A DNA stretch of 64,000 nt from Eledone cirrhosa. Taxonomy: Eukaryota. Every line of letters begins with the position of its first letter. The stretch's first letter is position 1. The DNA lies in assembly GCA_964016885.1 (NCBI GenBank), contig OZ024741.1, positions 183,582,001-183,646,000 on the forward strand, given 5' to 3'. Below the pieces are notes generated by a model, which did not search any database, was not told the DNA's origin, and saw only the letters and a list, made by a program, of their open reading frames with translations. Shown here in pieces: positions 14,218 to 25,012 of this stretch. The position numbers and the translations under genes were made by a program.

Positions 14218-14851
14218 GTCACCAGTTGGTGCTACTGGTAACATGTATCCCAGTACAACCTGTCTCATGGTCGGGTCGTTGGCGACTAAACTGGCAACCC
14301 CACCAAGGCTTCTTGGTGAGGAGGGTGACTTTGGACATCCTGCAGGACTAAAAACAAAACCTGTCAAAGGGCAAAGGAGCTCTTAAGAGTCAATGGCCAT
14401 CCAAAATCACCGGGAGAGATGACCCCTTAGCCTTTGTCAAGGCAGAATTCTAGGAGAAGGAAAACTCTGATATAACACCTGCAACCCTGATGGTAATCCA
14501 ATGATGTTGACTTGTTCTTCTTTTTGGTAAATATCATCTTGGTTAAGAGAGTGGGACTGGCTTTGTGCAGTGCCTTTGCTCACTATAAAAGCTTCACGGC
14601 ACAGGCATTGCTTTATATCTGGAGATCTCTCTGCACTTGTCCTCACATGGGCCCAGCACTATGTGTCAATAATTGTCCTACCATGGGCCCAGCACTATGT
14701 GTCAATGATTGTCACAGGTGTAGTGTTTGTACCAGAGGTTTCAAGTCGCTGGCTGGACTAAAAAGTCACACTCGTTCAGCGCTTCGGTAGGGGTTATCCT
14801 ACATGGATGTAAAGTAGTGGCCGTACTCGAAAACGAGTTGGCAGCCACCAT
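14218..14851 (+). mobile_element. Non-autonomous RTE derivative (5' UTR fused to the 3' end)
   Basis: RTE-like 5' UTR (ggcaaccccac..ctaggagaaggaaaactctg) joined to a 3' end encoding [20 protein letters not shown], with no RT. A second copy lies on the minus strand at 42903-43232. Confidence 0.65.
14240..14294 (+). ncRNA. Degenerate HDV-like ribozyme candidate
   Basis: P1 AACATG/CATGGTC; P2 CCAGT/ACTGG; CC/GG P1.1; P4 GTCG-TTGG-CGAC; J4/2 CTAA. P3 is imperfect. Confidence 0.45.
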
Positions 14852-14908
14852 ATGTGTATATATGTGTATATATGTGTATATATGTATATATATATATGTG
14901 TATATATG

Positions 14909-14943
<35 letters not shown>

Positions 14944-15004
14944 GTATATATGTATGTGTATGTATGTGTGTATGTATGTGCATATGTGTGTGTGTGTGTG
15001 AGTG

Positions 15005-15051
<47 letters not shown>

Positions 15052-15074
15052 GTTTATGTGTATATGTGTATGTA

Positions 15075-15127
<53 letters not shown>

Positions 15128-15167
15128 ATATATATATATATATACACATGCACATATACACATAAAC

Positions 15168-15198
<31 letters not shown>

Positions 15199-15247
15199 TA
15201 ATAAAATAACAGGAGGCTGGACTTGTGTAAATCCTTGAAAGGTTCAT

Positions 15248-15306
15248 TATACTATGATAATTTCAATGACCGGATTCCGTATGAATCCGGTGATATCATC
15301 AGGTAT
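15248..15306 (-). ncRNA. Type I hammerhead ribozyme in a short non-coding element
   Basis: Minus: ATAC-CTGATGA-(tatca)CCGGATTC(atacg)GAATCCGG(tcatt)-GAAA-TTATCA-TA-GTAT. Confidence 0.68.
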
Positions 15307-15814
15307 TCGAAATATAATAAATGAATGTAACAGATAAAATCCATGGGGCTGAATATCAGAGACCCTAGGATGACCGACCATCTAGCATCTTCCACTTTAG
15401 CCAGTCGCCCTCAAGTTCTGGCCATTGGGCCTACTTAAGGCTATCTGGTGAGGGGGCTAAACCTTATAGTGTGCTACTAACCTCCCGGTCAAAGAGAAGA
15501 AATACAGAAAAGAAGAGCGTTAATGTCATGCTACAAGAAAAAAGACGGAAAGAAAGAGGAAGAAAAGTCAGCATTAATGTCATGCTACAGTCAGGCCAGG
15601 AATTGCCGCGAAAAAAGTTATTCTAAAGGACCCGTATCTAAGTCCAGCCTCCTGTTATTTTATTATAATATTTAACTCCGTACTTGCACCACCAACTACA
15701 CAAACGAAAACGGTTGAGCTGCTTTACGTTGAGTACCCTCCATATTATTATATCAAGATTGACCATACGGAATTTACCAGCTCTATCCAGTGGTAAACCT
15801 TCAAACCTAAATAA

Positions 15815-15969
<155 letters not shown>

Positions 15970-16286
15970 CATATATTATAAAAATAGACAAAGAAGCCTT
16001 CAATACATCAAAAGTCTTTTTTGTCTATTTTTATAATTTTTCGACTCTGTTGTATTACATTGAGCTATATCCTATACTGTCATTTCTATAATATGACGAG
16101 TGTGTTTTACTCAAACGCACTCTCGTATTTTAATTCTTATATACATATACACATATACACACATACATACACACACACATATACATACATACATATACAC
16201 ACATACATATACATATATACATACATACACACATATATATATATATACACATACATATACATACACATATGCATATATAGATATAC

Positions 16287-16372
<86 letters not shown>

Positions 16373-16479
16373 ACATAAACATACACATACATGCCCATAT
16401 GCAGGTTCATATGAACGCACGTAGACACAACGATACGCATACAAACGAACGGCCACTGATACAAATACATACATACATG

Positions 16480-17748
16480 TACTCATAAATATACGCATAT
16501 ACACAGGCACATAAAAACAGCTCTACAAGCCGAAAATGCAGATAGGTAAAAGGTACTTACATAACCATAGTGCCGTGTTTCAGGTCGAGAAGGGGTAGGG
16601 GTAGGGTGGGAAGGAGGTAGAGGGGCTATTTCGTCGGGTGGCGTAAAAAAAGGGAAGTTGTTTTTAGCCATCAGGCATTAACACTGGTTTAAGGTATTTG
16701 AAAGTTGCAAAGTTTTTGTGCACGCAGTTCGAGCAATGTTCAGAGAGTTTGTTCAGTAGGGGGCCCTTGGCGAATAATATTTCGTAGCTCTCTGAGATAC
16801 AAAGGTCACAGCACTTGTGTCCTCCGGTGTATGAGCGCCCTTTCTAGTATTTTCCATTTAAGCGTGAGCGGGTGGAGTTCCTTTTGAGGTGCCAAACATA
16901 AGAGGCGAGTGTTGTCTGATTTGATTTATCCGGTATTCTGAAGGAGTGGGTATGGGCATACCACCGGGTCTTAGAGTTATTGGAAGTCATGCCGATGTAA
17001 GTCTTTTTGTTGTTGCAATCATCGGTGCCAGAGATGACATCGCATTTGTATACGATATCATTTGTCAGGCATTTATTTTCAAGTGGGCAGGCTTCCTTAT
17101 TTAGGAAATTGCACAAGGCCTCAGTGCGGGGATTGGGTTCGGAGGTGGTTGGCTTATTTAATTTTTTAGAATTGAGATTGGCTATATTCCTATCTAGGTT
17201 AGGTGTAGTGGAGTAGGAGAGTCTTATTGTGTTCTTATTAAAGATGATGTAGTACCTATGTTGTATGGGGAAGTGTGTGTTCAGCAAATTGAAGAAAATC
17301 CTAGCTATAGGTGTAGAGACCTCTCTATTGACCATCTAATCTGCCTATGTCTATTCCTCCTATGATGTCTTGCGGTGGTTTCTAGGTAAGTTATCTTTTC
17401 TTTAAATCCGCTGCGGACGAGGGCGTCATTGTAGTAGGAGGCAGAGGCGTTAAATATATCTTCATTGGCCGAGAGGCCAGAGATTCTAATAGAGACGCTT
17501 TTTACTAAGTTATCATTGATGTTTTTGGGGTGGTTAGAATTAACATTAATATATCTAAGGGACTCATTAGGTTTGTAGTACGGGCAATAGAGGGAAGTAT
17601 CTAGGTCGAGAGCGACATCTAAAAAGTTGGCCCTAGTCATATTAGATTATAGAGTTATGCTAAATCCTAGATTACGGAAGAACGAGCTTAAGTTTCTCCG
17701 AAACCCATCGGTGGTTCTGGGGTTAACTTTGTGCAGGGAGAAGAGGCC

Positions 17749-17750
<2 letters not shown>
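16480..17750 (-). mobile_element. 5'-truncated, decayed Penelope-like element
   Basis: RT C-terminus (ANFLDVALDL..YINVNSNHP) and GIY-YIG (CPLENKCLTNDIVYKC..YIGMT), with frameshifts. Confidence 0.88.
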
Positions 17751-17791
<41 letters not shown>

Positions 17792-18462
17792 AAAGTTCTA
17801 TTTAAAGTTCTATTTGCATAAAATACTGATCTCTATAGCAAGGGTACATTTTGAACTCAGATTTTGGTATATTGATCTCAAGTTTCTAAACTAAACATAT
17901 AGTCATTATTGAACAATGTTTAATTTCTCATAATATATATCTGTCCCATTCATGAATATTGATACTCATATTTTTATTATTCATTTCATATAAATTGTTA
18001 ACTCAACTTAATATGACATGACGTAAAATTTTCATTGTCCCCCCCCTCTCTCTATATAGTATTTCTCTCTTGAGTGTTTCTCTCTCTGTATGATGACTTG
18101 ATATCCCTCTGTTGCTTTCCTGTTTTTCTTATTTCTTCCTTTTCTTTCTTTTTTATTTTTTATTTTTTATTTCCTCCTATCTGTATTTATCTCTTTCTTT
18201 TCTCCATACATTTCTCTCTCTCTCCGATATTTCTCCAGGGTTTCTTTCTCTTTCTTTCTCTCTCTCCGTCTTTGTTCTTTTCTCTCTCTTTTTCTCTCTC
18301 TCCGTCTTTCTCTTTTTCTTTATCTCCGTCTTTTTCTAATTGTGCTTAACACTATGACTTATTAAAACAATGTAAACAAATCACTATCCAGACAGCCTCC
18401 AAAACTAATGGTTGTATTTTAAAAGGGTACGTCAAAGCTATTTGTAAAACTGTTATATATTG

Positions 18463-18527
18463 TATTTTGTCTGATGAAGGCATACCATAATTTAATGTGG
18501 TATCCCTGAAATATGTATAATGAAATA
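18463..18527 (+). ncRNA. Type I hammerhead ribozyme
   Basis: Stem I TATTTTGT/ATGAAATA; CTGATGA; stem II AGGCATACCATA/TGTGGTATCCCT; GAAA-TATGTA-TA. It lies about 40 nt before a (TA)n tract. Confidence 0.78.
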
Positions 18528-18566
18528 AATATGGTTTTATAAATATAGTTTCCATTTATTAATATC

Positions 18567-18626
<60 letters not shown>

Positions 18627-18693
18627 TTGTGTATGTGTATTTATGTATATATGTATATATATGTGTATATGTGTAGATGTGTTTGTATATGTT

Positions 18694-18744
<51 letters not shown>

Positions 18745-19255
18745 ATGTGAATGTGTCTGTTGACACCTGAAATATAGCTTAAGAGAAACATGACAATAAT
18801 GATAGGCACCCAATATTTGAACTGCTTTATAGAATTCCCTTGGCTTTTGTAACTCTAAGTAGAGCTTTAAAGAATTAGCTTTTAAAGAATTTCCCTTTTC
18901 TTTAAATCCATCAACCATGACCTATGCCCAACCATCTTATAGACACCTGTAATATAGGCATTGTTAGCTTAAGAGAAACTTAAAAATAAGGAGTGGCTCC
19001 CCAATTTGAACTTGTTTATATAATTCTTTCTGCCTTTGTCACTCTAAATATAAATTATAGCCTTAAAATATTAGCTTTTAATGAATTCCCTTTTCTTTCA
19101 ACCAACGACCTCCACCCATCCCACTCCCTACCCTCTCCTACCACCAGAAAAGATATAAATACCACAAGATTTATTTTGGACAGCCAGATTCCTGATGATT
19201 TCTAAAGAATGAAACAGTTCTAGTCCTGTAGAATCTCATCTATATTAAAACTATA
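18745..19255 (+). mobile_element. Non-coding HHR-bearing repeat (solo pLTR/retrozyme-like) with two approx. 190-bp internal subrepeats
   Basis: Homologous to 42222-42750 (minus), with a terminal HHR and microsatellite flanks. Confidence 0.7.
19186..19236 (+). ncRNA. Type I hammerhead ribozyme
   Basis: Stem I AGATTC/GAATCT; CTGATGA; short stem II TTC(TAAA)GAA; GAAA; stem III ACAG/CTGT; cleavage triplet GTA. Confidence 0.8.
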
Positions 19256-19274
19256 TATATATATATATAATAAT

Positions 19275-19519
19275 CTATTAAGATGGACAAGTTACATGAT
19301 TCGTATGGGTGATGGGCGCACCGTCGATGAAATGTTTTATGGTGAACTGAAGCTGGAAAAAAGGATAAATAGTAAGCCAAGGAGGATATACAGAGACTCT
19401 CTAAAAGCGAACTTAAAATGCCTTAACATATTCTACAAAAATCTTGAATCATGTGTAGCAGGTAGAGTAGCCTGGAGAAATGTCATTTAGGCATAAAGTG
19501 CAAGAAATGGTAAGGCTTC

Positions 19520-19520
<1 letters not shown>
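19275..19520 (+). mobile_element. RTE (BovB-like) LINE 3' fragment
   Basis: LRW..RMGDGR..MFYGELK...KPRRIYRDSLKANLK...RVAWR is the typical RTE C-terminus. Confidence 0.75.
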
Positions 19521-19575
<55 letters not shown>

Positions 19576-19624
19576 TGGCGGGAATATGTTTTTAAAATCC
19601 AAATTCAATAAACAGACCAGGATT

Positions 19625-19686
19625 TTTTCATTCTGATGATTGAAAGCAACATTTTTTGCTTTTAAGAAACCACTGGTAAATGGAAT
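19625..19686 (+). ncRNA. Type I hammerhead ribozyme in an approx. 145-bp island between (TA)n tracts
   Basis: Stem I TTTCATT/AATGGAA; CTGATGA; 10-bp stem II TTGAAAGCAA/TTGCTTTTAA; GAAA-CCACTGG-TA (near-palindromic helix III). Confidence 0.82.
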
Positions 19687-19957
19687 AATTGCCTTATGTT
19701 GTTTATTACATAACTATATATATATATATATATATACAAAAGGAAGTACAGCATAATCGAAGCTCTGGCTGCAACTAAGCTAACGAATGCAATCGGAATG
19801 TGCAGCTAAGCACTCAATAAGGTATTTTACCTTAGAGTTATAACATTACCTTTAGACAGTTTTCCAAATTGAAGACAGCGACCGATAAGCCAGCCGCAGT
19901 GACCAAAGCAGCGAAAAAACTGACTCAGGAAAAAATATATATATTATTATTATTATT

Positions 19958-22900
19958 GTTCTTTGAGTCTCAGTCATTGATGTTATTTAACTGGAAAGTT
20001 TGTTGAAATGAATATCAAGCCGCTACCTGCAGCCTCAGATATTCAGGACGTATCGAAGGGTTCTTGCTGTTCCCAGCAAGCATGCCTTTTGAAGTGTTCC
20101 AAAAAGCGGGGCTGGACTAATTTTCTTTAACCATGCTTGGAAACTCTTTGAGATAGTACCTAGTGCGCCTATGACAATCGGGACGACTCTGACATCATGG
20201 CAGTTCCAAATCCTTTTTACCTCCCACTTTAAGTCTTGGTATCGGTTAATTTTCTCCCTCTCCTTTTCTTTCACTCTCGTGTCAAATGGGCAAGCTACAT
20301 CTGCAATCAGGCATGATCTTTTTTCCTTGTCTAAAACCACCAGGTCAGGCCTATTGTGTTCCAGTTTCTTATCCGTCTGTATCCAAAACATCCCATAACA
20401 CCTTCACCTGATCGTTTTCTATCACCGACTCTGGCTTATGCTCATACCACTTCTCAGAATGTGGTAAATTGTTTGCTTTGCATAGGTGCCAGTGGATCAC
20501 CCTGCCCATCACATCATGTCGCCAGCCTTTATAGTGAGTCTGGGCTAGGTGTTTACACTCGGATACAATGTGAGCCACAGTCTCCTCTCTGTCTCCACAG
20601 ATCCTACACAGTGGGCTAGTCTCCACCTTGTCAATATAGTGTTTCACCCACTTCGTTTTGAGTGCCTGCTCTTGCGCAGCCATTAACATTCCTTCTGTAG
20701 CCTTTTTAAGGTCTCCTCTTTTTAACCAGTTCCATGTCTGTGGATCTCTAAATTCAGTTTTCTCAAAGAAGGTACTATGAAGGGATTTTTCATAAAGGTT
20801 GGTCTTCCTCCTTGTTGTTATTTCCTCCTTGGACATCCCCTGGTCTATTGTTCTATCCTTCAGTACAATTCTGAGCCTTGGCTCCCTACTGTCGGTCACA
20901 TATTTGTGCAGGTTGTTTTTTTCCATCTGAACACAGTCCTCTATGCTGATAAGACCTCTTCCACCTTCAGATCTCTTTAAGTAGAGTCTATCAACATCAC
21001 TCCTCTTGTGGAACATGTTGTAGATCGTCAATAGCTTCCTAGTCTTCCTATCCATTTCTTTTTGTTCAGGAAACATTCCATTTCAGAATTCCCGCACTGT
21101 ACCTAATAATAGACACAGCTCGGGAATTCACTGCACTTATGACATTCCTACTATTTAGATGTGATTTTAATACGCTCCTTACTCTCCTAATGTACTCAGA
21201 TCTTATCAATTCCTTCATTTTTTTGTTCTTGATGTCATCTGCCTCCAGAACACCTAAATATTTGTATCCTTCTTCAGTGTCAATTTCCTTTATCATCTCA
21301 CCTGTTGGTACCTGGATTCCGATGCTTCTGCTCAATTTACCCTTCTTCATCACTAGAACTCCACACTTATTAATACCAAATTGCATACATATATCACTGC
21401 TGAAAATACGGACAGTGTCAACAAGTACATCCAATTCATTCTCCTTTTCCCAAAGAGTTTAAGATCGTCCATGAAAAGGAGGTGGTTGATGGTAAGCTCT
21501 CCCTTTACCAACTTGTATCCTGCTCTCACTTTTTGCAATATAATGGTCAGGGGTATCAGGGCAAGGACAAACAACAGAGGGGACAGACTATCTCCTTGGA
21601 AGATACCTCTCTTGATCTTCACGCCTCCCAAGGATTCTCCACCCGATGTTAATTCTGTTTCCCAGGACTTCACACTTTTGCTCAACAACTGTCTGATGTT
21701 ATCTGCCACCTTGAAGATCTCTCGGCCTTTTGTTATCCAAGAATGAGGTACCATATCGAATGCCTTTTTGTAGTCTATCCATCCCATAGCAAGACCAGTG
21801 TGTCTCCTCTTGCAATTCCTCATTACCATCTTATCAATAAGTAACTGGTCCTTTGTACCACAGGACTTCTTTCGGCATCCTTTCTGTTCGTCCGGTAACA
21901 AGTTGTTTGTGTGGAGGTGATGGTAGATTTCCTCAGACACAATGCTTGTTAACAGTTTCCACATTACGGATAGACATGTGATAGGTCTATAGTTAGTAAC
22001 ATCATTACCCTTGATTCGGTCTTTCATTACCAGAACTGTGGTACCTTTTGTCAACCACTCTGGTACCTCACCCGACATCAGGCAGTCATTGAACATGGTT
22101 GTCAGTTTCGCGTGGAGGGATGTTATATTTTTAATCCAATACCCCTGCACACCATCTGGCTCTGGTGATTTCCAGTTGGTTAGTTTTCTGGCCTGCCCTC
22201 TAAGAGTTTCAACTGTGATACTTAAATCAGTTTGTTGGTGTGCTTGTTCACTAATCTCCTTTTGAACTGTCTCAATCCACACTGCCTGATCATTATGTTC
22301 AACATCCTTCTCCCATATTCCTCGCCAGAATGTCTTAGTCTGTACTGCCTCAGGGATCAAGTCGTTGCCTCTTTCTTTCCCTTCAAGCTGCCTAAACAAC
22401 ATATTCTGGTTGTTGTTAAACATGCAGTTCTGTCTATACTGACTGACTCTGCTCTCATACCGCCTAATCTTTGCACTCTTTGCTACAATGCGTTGCTTCA
22501 GTTCCTCTAAGATAATATTTAGCTTTTTCCTCTTAGTTTTGTACTTTATTTCCAGTCTATTTTTAGTGTCTATGTTTGTAGTGTCCTATTCAGTAGGGAC
22601 TCAAGCTTTCCAATGTCATTTCTCATTTCCCTGATTTCACCATTCAGTCGCGTCTTCCACCAAGGTTCTGATCTTTCTCGTTTGTTGTTTCCTCTCGATC
22701 TTATGTCAAGTAATTTCCTCACCGCATTTGCTGTTGCTTTGAGGATATTGTTGCATTGGTGAAGGTTCCTCGCCCCAAGACATGGGATGACTTTGTTTAC
22801 CTTAGCTGTTGTTTCTTTTAACTTTTTCTGTCTACAAATCTTAGCTTCATAGGTTTCCCACTATCATTGTCCATTTCATCTACCACTAAGTTTAGGATAT

Positions 22901-23710
22901 CAACCAAATCTTGTCCTAGCCCGTCAGCATTCATTTCCTCAATGGCCGCATCTTTGTTCCAGATGTTATTTATGTCAGCATTCAGATCATTGTCTACTTC
23001 GGATGCTTCCTCCGGTCTCTCAACCTCTTCACCTTCATTTCCCACTGGCTCATTTGCCTGGCATACTCCACTCTCCATTTCCAACCTCATCTCTCTGCTC
23101 AGTTCCTCCAGTTCCAATTCGCTTATCCATCCATTAGTTCTTATTACCCGGGCCGGCCCGGTCAATTTTTGTTTATCCAATTTAAATAGACCAATCTCGT
23201 TCCAGATGCTATGCATCCGTTTCCTATAGCCTTTTCCCATGGGTTACTCTTCAGGTAACATTTCATAACAGTTCTATTCAATTCTTTCGTCCAGTTGGTT
23301 CTTGTCCCTTTCCTTCTTCTTCTTCTTCTTCTTCTTCTTCTTCTTCTTCTTCTTCTTCTTCTTCTTCTTCTTCTTCTTCTTCTTCTTCTTCTTCTTCTTC
23401 TTCTTCTTCTTCTTCTTCTTCTTCTTCTTCTTCTTCTTCTTCTTCTTCTTCTTCTTCCAACACCAGCAGTATTTGGATGACAGCCAGGTCCCTGCTGCTG
23501 GGCCAGGGAGCACCTGCTGGGTGGGAGTCTGTCACATGACGTTCCAGTCTCCACTTCACCGTTACTCGAACTGTTTAGGTTCGACATTTAAACACTCATA
23601 TCGAGGATTGGTGAATGTATGGTTACATAACCTCCGGTGATTTCATCACCCCCAGTGATTTCATCACTCCCGGTGATTTTAGCGTGGCACCATCACGCTG
23701 TAGACGAACA
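19958..23710 (-). mobile_element. Dong/R4-clade LINE (RT + C-terminal restriction-like endonuclease), frameshifted
   Basis: RT motifs NYRPITCL, WIDYKKAFDMV, GIFQGDSLSPLLF and HLLFMDDLK; zinc knuckle CRICGDREETVAHIVSEC; RLE NRPDLVV..IADVACPFD..EK..RY. The 3' end abuts a (TAA)n tract. Confidence 0.9.
23313..23457. repeat. (TTC)n, about 48 units, inside the Dong ORF N-terminus
   Basis: Direct observation. Confidence 0.97.
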
Positions 23711-23983
23711 TAAATAAATCAACAAATAAATAGATAAAAACTTTAAAAAATAAACATAAGTTTCATTGTAATGTTTGAATGTCTGACTTTTTGTTTGTTT
23801 GTTTGTTTTTTTCCTTTGCGTTTTTCGTTTTTCAAGGTCAGTAACATCGGTTACTAATGTTGTTGCTGCTGCTGCTAAGGGAAGTAGGGGTTGTTGTGTT
23901 CAAAACTTTAAAAATTTGTGTTGTTGTTGCGTTTGCTTCTGTCTGTGTTCTGTTCTATAATTTTTCGACTTATTGCTTATCAT

Positions 23984-24400
23984 TTGGCAGTATCGATAGA
24001 GAGTCGGAGACCATGACCTGAAGCACAGAGTTACGTCCCCCTACGGTCCGAGTTCAAATCCTGCCGAGGTTAACCCCACCCGTCATCCCTACGAGGTCGA
24101 TAAAATAAAGTACCAGTAATACACTGGTTAATTGCTGGCCTTGTGCCAAAAGTAGAAACAATTATTATTTTTCTTTTTCTTTTCATCCTTACGGGGCCGA
24201 CAAAACAAAGCACCAGCAACACACCGGGGCAATTGCTGGCCCCGTGCCAAAAGCAGAAACAATTATTATTATTATATTATAGTTTAGATCCCGCCAAGGT
24301 TAACTTTGCCTTTCATCCTTACGGGGTCGATAACATAAAGTACCAGTAATGCACTGGGTAATTGCTGGCCTTGTGCCTAACGTAGAAACAATTATATTAT
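23984..24400 (+). mobile_element. Tandem cluster of Nin/Deu-domain SINEs (one long copy plus two 3' partial copies)
   Basis: tRNA-like head with a B box (gagttcaaatcc), central gccgaggt.aactttgcctttcatccttacggggtcgataaa, and 3' ggccttgtgccaaaagtagaaacaa(tta)n. Confidence 0.85.
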
Positions 24401-24814
24401 AGTTTAGATTTGACATCGTTTAAACTAAATATTTTGAGAGAGTTTAGAGATACAACAACATAATTATTTTGGTGTTGTTGTTGTTGTTAGCTGTTTGACC
24501 GAGTCACTAAACCAGTCTATTTATATCTTTTGATACCTTCCTCGCTTCTTTCCATGTGTAGCGGCACTACCACCATCCCTCTCTTAAGTGGTGAGGGAAT
24601 AGTGGTGGTAGCGATGATGCAGTGGTGGCGTGGTGATGGGATAGCAGTACTATAGGGATGGTGCTGGTTTGTACTTGGCTAGATTTTTTGTGATGATGGT
24701 GGCGGCGGCGGTGGTGGTGTTGGTGGTGAAGTTATTTGGCTGTTGTTTTCTAGCCATTTTCTTTTCTGACTATAACATTTCTGGTACAAAATTAAATTAT
24801 TATTATTATTATTG

Positions 24815-25012
24815 TGTGGATTGGCAGTATCGGTAGAGGGTCGGACACATTGCTTTGACGCATAGAGTTATAGCCCTTTCCATTCTGAGTTCAAATCCCG
24901 CCGAGGTCAACTTTGCCTTTCATCCTTACGGGGTCGATAAAATAAAGTACCAGTAATGTATTGGGTAATTGCTGGCCTTGTGCCAAAGGTAGAAACAATT
25001 ATTATTATTATT
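24815..25012 (+). mobile_element. Nin/Deu-domain tRNA-derived SINE
   Basis: A box-like tggcagtatcggta, B box gagttcaaatccc, Nin/Deu core, and (TTA)n on both sides. Confidence 0.88.

Noticed and set aside
24815-24905. tRNA gene
   Set aside because: A and B boxes are present but there is no cloverleaf, and it continues into the SINE core and (TTA)n tail.
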